Origin: Octopus bimaculoides
Lineage: Eukaryota
Direction of reading: 5' to 3'
DNA length: 40,607 nt
Assembly: GCF_001194135.2 (NCBI RefSeq)
Contig: NC_068986.1
Coordinates: forward strand, 65,205,353-65,245,959
In this document: positions 1 to 11,168 of the stretch, in pieces
Layout of the letters: every line of letters begins with the position of its first letter
Position numbering within the stretch: the stretch's first letter is position 1
Position numbers and translations under genes: made by a program
Notes under the pieces: model-generated
Seen by the model: the letters and a program-made list of their open reading frames with translations, nothing else
Databases searched by the model: none
Told to the model about the DNA's origin: nothing

Positions 1-120
<120 letters not shown>

Positions 121-312
121 AGTCTCAAGTTTTGCCACAAGTGCAGCCATTTGGGTAAGGGATGAGTTAATTACATCGACCACAGTACTCAACTGGTACT
201 TAATTTATCGAGCCCGAAAGGATGAAGGGCAAAGTCGACCTCGGAAAAATTTGAACTCAGAATTCAGAACGTAGCAGCAGACGAAATACCGCTTCTGCCA
301 GCTCACCGCCTT
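121..312 (-). mobile_element. tRNA-derived SINE, family A, near full length with internal deletion
   Basis: Reverse complement starts aaggcggtgagctggcagaa and contains ctgagttcaaatt (B-box-like), gaggtcgactttgcccttcatcc and aagtaccagtt. The same blocks recur at 1681-1900, 16034-16195, 26240-26370 and 36620-36790. Confidence 0.9.
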
Positions 313-416
313 AATAATAATAATCCGTTCTACTATAGGCACAAGGCCTGAAATTTTACTGGAGAGGATAGTCGATTATATCGACCCTGTGGGTAACTGG
401 TACTTATTTAATCGAC
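313..416 (-). mobile_element. SINE family A, 3' fragment in tandem with the previous copy
   Basis: Minus strand reads gtcgattaaataagtaccagtt...ggccttgtgcctatagtagaacgg followed by (att)n, which runs straight into the 5' end of the 121-312 copy. Confidence 0.85.
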
Positions 417-461
417 AGGTTTTTAAATAATATGAATAAATTAAGAAATGTAGTCAAACGC

Positions 462-463
<2 letters not shown>

Positions 464-535
<72 letters not shown>

Positions 536-640
536 TACATACGCACACACACACACATACGCACACATATATATGTATGTACGTATCTATGTATATATAT
601 ATATATATATATGTTTAAACACACACACACATACACACAT
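464..640. repeat. (CA)n/(TA)n compound microsatellite
   Basis: Direct reading; source of the THTH/CVCV ORF artefacts. Confidence 0.97.
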
Positions 641-1088
641 GTGTTAATATTTGCTTTTATGTTCAGTTATAATAAAAGCAATTTTATATTAATCTGATGG
701 GTTACTCGATACTTTTGTAGTTGTAGAGTTGATATTCTTGTTTAAGAATAATAAATCAATAAATATATTTATTTGTCAATATATTATTTATATACTTCGA
801 CATAATTTGTATACACACATACACACACATACACACACGCACATAGACACACGCACACACACATTTATGTATGTTAGAAGATGTGAACGTGTAAAGTCGA
901 CATTAATACTTATATTAAATGCAGAAATTATACAATCCATCTCTTATTGAAGCCCTAAATGACGGGGATTTAAATAAACCACCACCAGTTGCCAAGTAAC
1001 ATACACAAAGACTGCATATGTATGGTTGTGAAGAGGATACATGGATACATACCGATACATACACACGTACACAGTCAAACACCGACGC

Positions 1089-1145
1089 ATGTGTGTGTGT
1101 GTGTGTGTGTGCGTGCGTGTGTGTGTGCGTGTGTGTGTGTGCGTG

Positions 1146-1178
<33 letters not shown>

Positions 1179-1198
1179 ATGTATGTGTGTATGTGTGT
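1089..1198. repeat. (TG)n microsatellite
   Basis: Direct reading. Confidence 0.97.
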
Positions 1199-1680
1199 TT
1201 GTGGTGGGGTTGTGCACGGCTGTCTTCCTCTTAACTTCCGTCTGTAACCCACAAGGTATTTTGTCACCCTGATCAGTGGACATTTGTTCAAGATGCTGCA
1301 CGATGTGACTGAATACCTGGCCCCATGTATACATACCGGATGCCTTCTTCTGTAACGTTTAGCACTGAATATATGATTCATAATGCCTTGATTGGGTGCG
1401 TCTCGCTGAAAGCTACGCCTTTTACGCTTTTACTGCCACATGTGTTGCAGACGACGCATCTACCTCGGATGCTGAGGTCATACTCTCAACACCCTGTGCA
1501 GGACAGTGATAAAGTATTGTTTTGTGATGTTGTGGGGTCAGAGGACTTGTACGCCAGTATAACTCAGTCATATATCGTCTCTATTGTGGCACATAAGTGG
1601 CGACAAGCCAAGGGTGAGGATAACTTCGAACTCTTTGTACCCGTCGGTGCGCTATTTCTTCCCAAATATTGAAGCGCCAG

Positions 1681-1900
1681 ATTATTGGCTTCAAATTTTG
1701 GCACAAGGCCAGCAATTTGGGAGGAGGGAATCAGTCGATTACATTGACACTGGTGCTCAACTGTTAATTTATTTTATCGACTCCAAAAGCATGAAAAGCA
1801 AAGTCGACCGCGGCAGAATTTGAACTCAGAATATATAGACGCACGAAATGCCGTTAAGCATTTTGTCCGGTGAGCTCATGTTTTGCCAGCTCACTGCTTT
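1681..1900 (-). mobile_element. tRNA-derived SINE, family A, diverged full-length copy
   Basis: Contains ggcacaaggcc, gtcgattacattgac, aaagtcgaccgcggcagaatttgaactcag and gccagctcac; colinear with 121-312. Confidence 0.88.
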
Positions 1901-2221
1901 ATAGCGCCAGTATATTAGCAGGCTTGTTTCGCCGACAGTTTTGGCTTTCACCTTAGCCTAGTGCTCTGTTTTAAAGTTGATACATATGTTATCTAAATAC
2001 CTTCCCTTCTCAGTAAAGAAGTTTACAGTAAAAAAAATTAACTAAGGCAGTTCACAGATCTTTCTTAGTACGAGGAAAGCTGCTGTCGTTGTCCCAAAGT
2101 ACAAGAAAGTGGTAGGTTGGTGTCTTGTGTACAACTTTGACACAATTTGTGTACCCAGCAATCGAAATGGTTACTTCTCAACATTACTTTAGAAGATTTT
2201 GTAGTTCTATAGATGTCGTTG

Positions 2222-2555
2222 TGAAGGTGCAGGGCTTAGTGGTTAGGTAGTAGCCACTAAGTGGCTCACGGTAGTAAGGTCATGATTTTGATTCCTGACG
2301 GCGCGTTATGCCTTTGAGTAAGACACTTTATTTCATGTTCCTTCAGTTCAAATATCTGGCAAAAATGAGTAGTACCTCTATTTCAAAGGCCATCCTTGGT
2401 ACATTCTGTGTCGCGCTGAATTTCCCTAAGAATCACATTAAGTGTACGCCTGTCTATGCAGTGCTCAACCACATGCTTGAGAATTTCACGAACAGGCTGT
2501 TCTGTTGATCGGATGAACTGGAACCCAAGTCATCGTAACCGAGGGAGATCCAGTT
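2222..2555 (+). mobile_element. tRNA-derived SINE, family B
   Basis: tRNA-like head (ggcttagtggttagg ... ttttgattcct), central ctttgagtaagacactttatttc block typical of conserved-core SINEs, then a unique 3' body. Related heads at 24130-24241 (-) and 35875-35990 (+). Confidence 0.75.
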
Positions 2556-3199
2556 AAATAGATAGAGCTATTGGTGCAACACCTAACCACTAAGGATTAT
2601 CATTTAAGTCCTGTATGGAGACCTTGTTGCTATGCATTTGTGCATTAGAGTGCGCCTCACAGTTATAGAAGTGATATATATCCTCTCTATATAGAATATT
2701 GAATTATTGCTCAGAAACCCAAATAATATAGTGCTGGGCCACTGTAGTGAATTGTCGCATCAGCCCATATATATATTACAAGCTCTTTATTTTATGAGAT
2801 CTTGATGCAAGATAAAGTCTGCTGCAACAGTACTTGTACTCAGACGTATACAAAGAAGAGTCTAAACCATGTATAAACCTTTAGCATGACGTTATGCCGT
2901 TTGTGCCAACTCACTACTCTTAAAATATATGAGATATTCATTGATTGACTGATTGATTGATAAAAAAAAAAAATTCTTGGTATACCTTTGATCGATAACA
3001 TTTATATTCATAGTTCTAGAATAATAGGTTATCGCTTTCAGAATCATTTTATCACACTTCATTGACATCTTTAATGTCATCAAAATATGTTTTCTAATTT
3101 TTGCTTATGTGGGTGTGTACATACGCGCGCGCGCGCAAACATATACACAATATATATATATGCATAGATATTAAAATGTATATAAAATGTATGTGTATG

Positions 3200-3206
3200 T
3201 GTGTAC

Positions 3207-3277
<71 letters not shown>

Positions 3278-3320
3278 CATACATACATACATATACAATA
3301 TGTATGTATTTATGTATGTA
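3200..3320. repeat. (TA)n and (TACA)n compound microsatellite
   Basis: Direct reading. Confidence 0.97.
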
Positions 3321-3702
3321 TAACCGTCTTTATGTTGGAGTTTGAATTAGAAAAAGCTACAAATAATTACTGGGTGGAAAATGTCGAAAGTTGGTCATGT
3401 GACTCGAGCCGTCTTGTGCAAATATGGCAGGCGTTTTACCATTATATACCGAAGCAACTCTTCCAATTAACTCGATCCTTTTGGGAGGTCTTGTCCTTAC
3501 AAGGGAGAATTGTATGTTATTTATGTCATAAGAATTTAGAAACTTAGAGCTATGAAGATAATTTTATGGTAGAACTCGAAGATAGAGCTATGAATAGTAT
3601 ATAGCATATATATATGTAATAATACAAATAATATGTGAGTATATGCATATATACGTACATGTATGTACATACCTACATCTACGTGTATATATAGATACAT
3701 AT

Positions 3703-3780
3703 CTGGGTACAGGACGTCACAAAAAACGTGGGCAAAATGAAAAACGAGAACAAAAACAAAGCACGGAAAACAAACATTTC
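3703..3780. repeat. Interspersed repeat fragment shared with 31642-31700
   Basis: gggtacaggacgtcacaaaaaacgtgggcaaaatgaaaaacgagaac here versus gggtacaggacatcaaaaaacgtggacagaatgagaaacgagaac at about 31643. Both follow TA/CA microsatellite tracts. Confidence 0.8.
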
Positions 3781-4675
3781 TGTTTCGCGTGGTAGTATTA
3801 TAAGCGTCTTAAAGTCCGTACGAGCGAAGTTATGAAATTGCTTTGTTTGAACTGTCTGAAAATAATACTTTTAATTGATGTTTTTAGAAATAATGATAGC
3901 ATATGTACGTGTTTGTTTAGTATATGCCCGTGCAGGCGAATACACATATATATATATACACATTCATGCATGCACATATAAACACAGAATTACATATGCA
4001 TGCATATATATTTACGTATGCATATATACATATATAAATAAACGTATTAATTAGACATTTAGAAACCATCGTTTCTTCTGAACCAGAGCGAATTTCAAGG
4101 GGAATTTTACTTACATAAAAGATACTGAGCGGTGTGCATATTATGCGCTAAGAGGTCTGTTTTTTTTGTTCAAACAGTTACAGCCTTGAGTGAAAATTCT
4201 CAACAAAGGCCACATCGCGTCTTTGATTTGAAGCTCTCGTTTCTGTATGGTTGAGCACTATCTACAATAAACCAAGTAATGTTCAATCGGTGAGGAGTTT
4301 TCGAACTTGAAATTGGAAACTTTCAGTTATAAATGTACTAAAACATAAATCAATTAATAATTATGTTGATTAATTACAAAAATAGATATAATCTCTGACA
4401 CCTGTTTCGATTCAGACTTTAAAATTAATTAAGATAGTTAAATCATTATTTATACCAATAACATATTAACTCTGCTCATATTTTGTTTCTTTCTTCCTTT
4501 ATTTATTATATTCTTAATTGCACAAATTTATCATATTATAAAATGTACAGATTAGCATTTTATCCCTTAAATCGTAAAATAACCATAAAATTTTTCATTG
4601 ATATAAGATATTTTCCCTTACTCCTTTGTTTATAAATATAGCATATTAACTGTGTTTACTATTTTATTTCCCCCT

Positions 4676-4750
4676 TTCTTTCTTTCTTTCTTTCTTTATT
4701 TTTTCTTTCTTTCTTTATTTTTTCTTTCTTTCTTTCTTTCTTTCTTTCTT
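4676..4750. repeat. (TTTC)n microsatellite
   Basis: Direct reading. Confidence 0.95.
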
Positions 4751-5018
4751 GCATAATACATTACCGTTAATGATACATAAATGAAATGCTATTTATTTTT
4801 TTTAAATATGACCAATAGTCTCTCTTTTAATTATTTGATTAATACAAAACAGATTTAGGGGTGCTAGTTTTTTTTTTACTACTGTAAATAAGTACGTATG
4901 ATAAATACATTTTTATTTATTCACTATTGTATTTGTATTTTTTATTTTCAATGAACCCTATTTGGACATAAGTAAACTTTTGAATTTGAATCTAAGTAGT
5001 AACATATTTTTGCACATA

Positions 5019-5062
<44 letters not shown>

Positions 5063-5814
5063 TAGACACACATATATACATATAAGTTGTTATATATATG
5101 TACTAAGTTCTTGTATTTTATATAATTATTTGCATGCGATTTCTTCTCAGATACATACATTTATTATTATGAGCGTCTAAATATATGTAGGTATATGCGC
5201 AAAATGTGATTATTGCTGTACCCATTTATTCTTTATTCTTTATTTCGTTTTTATATATTTTTATGTATTTCTATACGTATAAATATTTTAACGCATTTAT
5301 ACTTATATATGCATTCAAAAATACATATATTTTACCTATAACTCTACTCATTTTATTTTTTATTTTTTATTTTTACTTACAAATTTACACACCCTTGTTA
5401 CTTAAATTTTTATAAACATATTTACCCTAATAATAATGTGATACTTAAATACAAGGTTAATTATTATATATTGTTTATTTTTATATTCTTCGATGTTTAC
5501 CCAGAATATATTATATTACTAAAATGTTTATGTATATATTTACCCTTATGTTAATTTGGTACTTAAATATACGGTTTATTACTATATATTACATTTCTTT
5601 ATACTTTTAATGTTTACCAAAGCATAAAAGCATATATATTATTTTTTATATTTACTTCTCTAAATATACTACCTTCTCCCCTTTATAAGGTTTATACCAA
5701 AGTTTTCTATAAAACAATATTCAGTTAACCGAAATGCTCCATACACTTAACACATAGAAATATAAAAATGTAATGGTATATCTTTTTTCTACTTCTGTCG
5801 AGATTCAATTGGAT

Positions 5815-5978
5815 GCTGGCTTTGCTGGGTGGAGGTGCTTATCTTCACTTTGAAAACATAAGGACACAGGAAATGTGTCAAGTCCAACAGGAAACGGTGT
5901 TTCCTAGGGCTAAATAACAGTAGCATTTTTCCCTTTCATGGGACTGTCACATTAAGTTGACAACATACTGTCACTTTA
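5815..5978 (+). repeat. Diverged copy of the small non-coding repeat found at 10879-11093
   Basis: Colinear blocks by manual alignment: gaaaacata.ggacac, tcct.gggctaaa.a.cagtagcatt and gggactg.cacatta.gttg.caa. The HHR head is not recognisable in this copy. Confidence 0.8.
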
Positions 5979-6186
5979 TCGTCCTGCTACTGCATAAATC
6001 TCTCTGTGAGATTTAGAAATGTATTATTTCTGATATATCTCTATTTTCTTATTTTAAAAATAAATATAAACCTCGGTTTATTTAGTTACATATTTTTGAG
6101 TATTATAACTAATATTCAAAATAAATAATAGGTAAGAAACCAGTAAATTCATTGGATATTATTATCCCTTCATATATGTATATATA

Positions 6187-6440
6187 NNNNNNNNNNNNNN
6201 NNNNNNNNNNNNNNNNNNNNNNNNNNNNNNNNNNNNNNNNNNNNNNNNNNNNNNNNNNNNNNNNNNNNNNNNNNNNNNNNNNNNNNNNNNNNNNNNNNNN
6301 NNNNNNNNNNNNNNNNNNNNNNNNNNNNNNNNNNNNNNNNNNNNNNNNNNNNNNNNNNNNNNNNNNNNNNNNNNNNNNNNNNNNNNNNNNNNNNNNNNNN
6401 NNNNNNNNNNNNNNNNNNNNNNNNNNNNNNNNNNNNNNNN
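6187..6440. other. Assembly gap (one of 11: 6187-6440, 7824-8374, 11937-12722, 13687-14437, 16571-16598, 18568-19141, 20312-20387, 24308-24502, 29106-29324, 35612-35621, 37054-37534)
   Basis: N runs, almost all flanked on at least one side by TA, CA, ATCT or trinucleotide arrays; typical of short-read scaffolding failure. Confidence 0.99.
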
Positions 6441-6830
6441 GCTTCAGTCTTTTGACAGCGGCCATGCTTAAAGGGGTGTTAATCGAACAAATCGACCCCA
6501 GGACCTATTCATTGTAAGCCTACTACTTATTCTACTTTTGCCTTATTCTACTTAGTCTCTGCAAAAGCTAGGTTACGGGGACGTAAACCAACCATCATCG
6601 GCTGTCTAGCGATGGTGGGGGACAAACGCGCATACAAACACACACACACGACATACGCATATAGATATATATATACGACAGGCCTCTTCTAGTTTCCATC
6701 TACCAAATCCACTCACAAGGCTTTGGTCGGCCCGAGGTTATAGTAGAAGACACTTGCCCAAGCTGTCACTCAGTGGGACTGAACCCGGAACTATGTGTTT
6801 GGGAAGCAAGCTTCTTACCACACAGCCATA
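6441..6830 (-). mobile_element. tRNA-derived SINE, family C (internal microsatellite type)
   Basis: Reverse complement matches the plus copy at 34145-34553: ggctgtgtggtaagaagcttgcttccc, gggttcagtcccact, ggatttggtagatggaaact, internal TA/TG tract, tttacgtccccgtaac, tcctggggtcgattt. Confidence 0.93.
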
Positions 6831-7269
6831 TACATATGGCTTAGAGCCTGGTGAGGTATAAAGGTAAGGAATTTCCAGAGAAGCACTCAACCCGAGTTCT
6901 AGGATATCAACACTGTCGGATTCCAGACTAATACCAAAATTCTTCAAATGCAGAAAATCCTGGTTTCACGATGGTAAAGCCGTTGCGTGGGTGTAGCGAA
7001 GAGTAAATTATGATCCAAATAAAGAAATCCTTTAACACATTTTTAATGATTCGTTACAATTGTTTCTGTAAGAACTCTGCTTACAACGCCAGTTTCCGCA
7101 GGAATTCGAAGTGGAAATTTACGTAATGTTTGCGGTTAAAGACATGAGAGTGGCATTTCATCAGACTTACAATGGAAGGTGCGCAGTTACATTGTACGTC
7201 TTCCAGACTTTTTTTTTTTTGCCTATTATTAAAGATGTGTTAATGGATTTTTGTCTCGTTATTTGAACC

Positions 7270-7642
7270 TTTTTACGTTCTGCTATTCAAAGTAGACCTC
7301 ACACACGGTTCCAGCAAGATGAGGCAACAGCTCATACCGCAGTTGCTACGACAGTGCTTTGGAGATAGAATAATCTCCTACTCCCACTATGGCAACGTCA
7401 ACTGGCCTTCACGTTCCACAGACTTGACTAGCACGAATTTTTTCTTGTGGGGATACCTGAAAGAGAGGGTGTACGGCAACACACTGGAAACCCTGGTGCA
7501 ACTGAAGGAGAACATCAACAGAGAAATCAGAGAAATGGGGCCTGAAACACTTGAGAGTGTTATGGTGCAAGTTTTGGAAAGATCACGGGCGCGCGTAGCT
7601 GAAAGTGGTTGCCATTTAAGCGATGTAATTTTTCATTTGTGA
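7270..7642 (+). mobile_element. Tc1/mariner-superfamily transposase C-terminal remnant (rosa/maT-like DDxD), frameshifted
   Basis: RFQQDEATAHTA in one frame (D codon 7318-7320), then CFGDRIIS...NWPSRSTDLTSTNFFLWGYLKERVY...LKENINREI...GCHLSDVIF in the next. This matches the FQQDGA...WPPRSPDL...FFLWGYLK catalytic-core pattern. The last catalytic D is N here. Confidence 0.9.
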
Positions 7643-7790
7643 TGTAGCAATGTTGCAAAATTTGACTTGTGCATATTAATTTCCATTTTGTCCTTTGTAT
7701 TGTATCAACATTTCATGCATTTATTTGTAAAGTTAAGCAAGTTATCAAAAATTGAAAACCATCAGTAACTTTTGCAACATATATATACAT

Positions 7791-7823
<33 letters not shown>

Positions 7824-8374
7824 NNNNNNNNNNNNNNNNNNNNNNNNNNNNNNNNNNNNNNNNNNNNNNNNNNNNNNNNNNNNNNNNNNNNNNNNNNNNN
7901 NNNNNNNNNNNNNNNNNNNNNNNNNNNNNNNNNNNNNNNNNNNNNNNNNNNNNNNNNNNNNNNNNNNNNNNNNNNNNNNNNNNNNNNNNNNNNNNNNNNN
8001 NNNNNNNNNNNNNNNNNNNNNNNNNNNNNNNNNNNNNNNNNNNNNNNNNNNNNNNNNNNNNNNNNNNNNNNNNNNNNNNNNNNNNNNNNNNNNNNNNNNN
8101 NNNNNNNNNNNNNNNNNNNNNNNNNNNNNNNNNNNNNNNNNNNNNNNNNNNNNNNNNNNNNNNNNNNNNNNNNNNNNNNNNNNNNNNNNNNNNNNNNNNN
8201 NNNNNNNNNNNNNNNNNNNNNNNNNNNNNNNNNNNNNNNNNNNNNNNNNNNNNNNNNNNNNNNNNNNNNNNNNNNNNNNNNNNNNNNNNNNNNNNNNNNN
8301 NNNNNNNNNNNNNNNNNNNNNNNNNNNNNNNNNNNNNNNNNNNNNNNNNNNNNNNNNNNNNNNNNNNNNNNNNN

Positions 8375-8406
<32 letters not shown>

Positions 8407-8469
8407 GTATATATACAGATATATATACAGAGATAAACTGAGCTCTGTTCACTATCCAAAATTCTAGTA

Positions 8470-10740
8470 CCTGAACGATCGAACAAACTAAATAATTATC
8501 ATAAAACTTCTTTAAAAACGTTGACCTCAGCATCTCTTTCTGTAACAACGTCAAAACCGCTAATTTCTTAGACGATAGCCTGGACTACCCATACCACAAA
8601 CCTAGAGAAAACCTGCACTTTGTGAACTTCTCCTCCACTCCCCCTCCTTCGTAATATCTATTGTAGAAAGCGTGTCATACCGGATCTCCTCATCTGCTAA
8701 TCAAAATTCATTCGATCAATATGCTGAATACTACAACTGTGCCCTACGTTCCCGATTTATTCAACTGAATACATCCCCATGTAGGGCATCCTTCGCTCAA
8801 CTAAAAAACAGAGCAAAAACAGTTCTCGACCTTCACATGTTAGACCTAATACCCTACCCCATCCCTCCAATACCTTCCTAAACATTGGGGTAGCATTCAA
8901 CCTAACAAACGATGCGCCCTACTAGATAACTCCTAATCCTATATACACCACAACCCATAAAAACAGACACCAACATACACATTTAAAACCCTCCTCCACC
9001 CAGGTAGGCCCCACCTTGCCCTTAATGTCCAAACTCGAATGTCCAAACTCCTCTTCGCCCTACTCGAAAAACATTTCCCTAAATCTAACCCCCTTAGAAA
9101 AATATTTAACTCCCAATCAATAAAATTGTCCTACTCCACCACCACCACCACCACCACCATTGCCGGAGTTATCCGACATCTTAACAGCAAGAAACTACGA
9201 AATCAACTAATGGCTAACCCCACCCAAGTAAACTAAGTCAACATTACCCCCAACTCCATACATATAAACCCAATACACCAATTGACTCCCATAACAAAAC
9301 AAACCTTCATAATTACAATTATAATATCATTGCTAATACCCGACCCTTAAATTTACTACAACACCCACATATACCACCTGCCATAATATAGAATATCACA
9401 GAGGATAGCATCGGACATAATAATTGTCATACCATACAACCCAACAAAACACCCTCAAACCCTTAACCTTAGCATCAACTGTAATAACAAAACAAACACC
9501 GATTCCTCACTAAATAGCAATCCACTCACAAGCTCATCTGAATAACCCCCTACAAATCTATACAGCCTCAGACGCCCAACCACCTATCCTTTAGATAACC
9601 GCTGTCTTACCAAAAACATAGTATCAATTAACAATTGTACCTATATTTACATCGGCTCATGTATCACCACCTTCAAAGCTACGGGTGAGCAATCACTACT
9701 CTAGCTTCAAATTCCATACAAAATCTAACAGTAAATCGTTATCTCAACTTATCAATGAATTAACGCTTGACTCAACTCCATACACTCTCAAATAGTCCAT
9801 AATCACAAAGCTGATATAATAAGTGTGATCTTTGCATAGCCGAGGTCATGGCTATTTTGCAATCCACAGACTGTCTGAAGGAATGCAGCAGTATAGTATT
9901 TACCTACAAACACGAAATCTATTCTCGGAAAACCAAGTAATTACATCCCACCCTGATCTTGTCTCTCCATAACTCGCATATATTCTTTTTTCCACTCATC
10001 TACCCTCACTACCACTGCGTATTGACGCAACAATATTTTTTCTCCCCTTCTAATTCCTTAATCGTCAATTACAATTTTCAATCTCTATTTTTACTTATTA
10101 CCTAAAATATTCTTCTCCTTATACTTATACTACCTCTCCTCCTACCCCTCCACCCCTAAACGTACAAATACATACGCCTACATACACCTTCACCACTTCA
10201 TTGGCTTTTTTAATTGTACCAATTTACGCCTTTTGACCATAAAACCGTTAGCCCTGCTTAAACTTTCCACCTTACCTTGCTTTATGCATACATAATTTCT
10301 TTTCCCCACCCTTTCCCCTCCAATTTCTCTTCTCTTCAAATGCAAAACCCACTATTGAATTCTGTGATTAATCTAAAACTATTATATTATCTAACACCGA
10401 CCCGTCCAATTCTTCCTTTGTCTCACTCCCCTATATTTCATTTCATTTTATTTTATTCATTTATTTATGTTTCTTTCTCATCTTTCTTCCATCCTTCTAT
10501 TACTTATTTCTCCCCTCATTTATATACCCTTCACATACTATGCCTTCCACATATTCTGATTGAATCCTCTTTGCTTCAACATGTACCTCCTTGTGACAAT
10601 GTAGCCTTTAATCTCATCAAGATATCCTTGGCATGAAGAGTAGCCGATGGTATATACCACACTTAGATTTTACCACTTCTGAGGTTCTGTTTGCTATGAA
10701 ACATATGTAGCCCGGATCTTCCTTACTCCATTCCCTAACT
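8470..10740 (+). mobile_element. Penelope-like retroelement, 5'-truncated and decayed: RT thumb, linker, C-terminal GIY-YIG endonuclease, 3' UTR ending in an HHR-like fold
   Basis: Motifs across frames: ANFLD (about 8560), YHKP, RISSSANQNSFDQYAEYYNCAL, LLEKHFPKSNPLRKIFNSQSIKLSYS, CLTKNIV (9603), YIYIGSCITTFK (about 9645), NHYSSFK and CDLCIAEVMAIL (about 9830). The same motif order appears in the minus-strand copy at 32180-33380. Confidence 0.9.
10630..10712 (+). ncRNA. Degenerate type I hammerhead-ribozyme-like fold at the PLE 3' end
   Basis: ggc / ATGAAGA (canonical CUGANGA) / stem II gtagc...gctat / GAAA / stem III AC-atat-GU / cleavage triplet GUA / gcc, which pairs with the opening ggc. 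Confidence 0.6.
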
Positions 10741-10783
<43 letters not shown>

Positions 10784-10878
10784 TTAAAAAAAGCAACACA
10801 GATTTTAAAGGTTATTGCAGTACGCACGTTTCATGCTACTCCATTTATTTAAGTAATGCGAGCAAGCCAAAGAGTTAT

Positions 10879-10925
10879 TCTGTACCGACGACGGGAAATA
10901 GCCCTGAAACCGTACGGTCCACAGA
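10879..10925 (+). ncRNA. Type I hammerhead-ribozyme-like fold
   Basis: tctgta / CCGACGA / c-ggg aaatag ccc-t / GAAA / perfect palindromic stem III accgtacggt / GUC triplet / cacaga (5 of 6 bp pair with tctgta). Core position U4 is C in this copy. Confidence 0.72.
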
Positions 10926-11093
10926 GACTGCTTTGTGCTGGATGGGGGTGCTAACATCCTCTGTACGAAAACATATGGACACAAATCGTGTGTCGTATAG
11001 TCAGCTGGAGACGATGTCTCCTGGGGCTAAACAGCAGTAGCATTCGCCCCAAACGGGACTGCCACATTAGGTTGGCAAATAATCGTTACTTTA
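10879..11093 (+). mobile_element. Small non-coding HHR-headed interspersed repeat (retrozyme-like candidate)
   Basis: HHR fold followed by about 165 nt homologous to 5815-5978. No ORF and no terminal inverted repeats seen. Confidence 0.55.
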
Positions 11094-11168
11094 TATATAT
11101 ATGTTAAGCGTATAAATATGCATACACTTACACATCTCTATATGTATGTCCGCACGCACATACATATA

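Noticed and set aside
432-1381. ORFs with THTH / CVCV / YIYI runs here and throughout the window
   Set aside because: They are translations of dinucleotide and tetranucleotide microsatellites, open in several frames on both strands; there is no evidence of coding function.
6738-6947. 69-aa minus-strand ORF MKNFGISLESDSVD...
   Set aside because: Its C-terminal part runs into a SINE head, it starts at a non-ATG codon, and it has no recognisable motif.
7103-7179. Possible small exon (ttccgcag|GAATTC...GGAAG|gtgcgc; EFEVEIYVMFAVKDMRVAFHQTYNG)
   Set aside because: Weak donor site, no recognisable protein similarity and no partner exons in the window; cannot be supported without RNA-seq.
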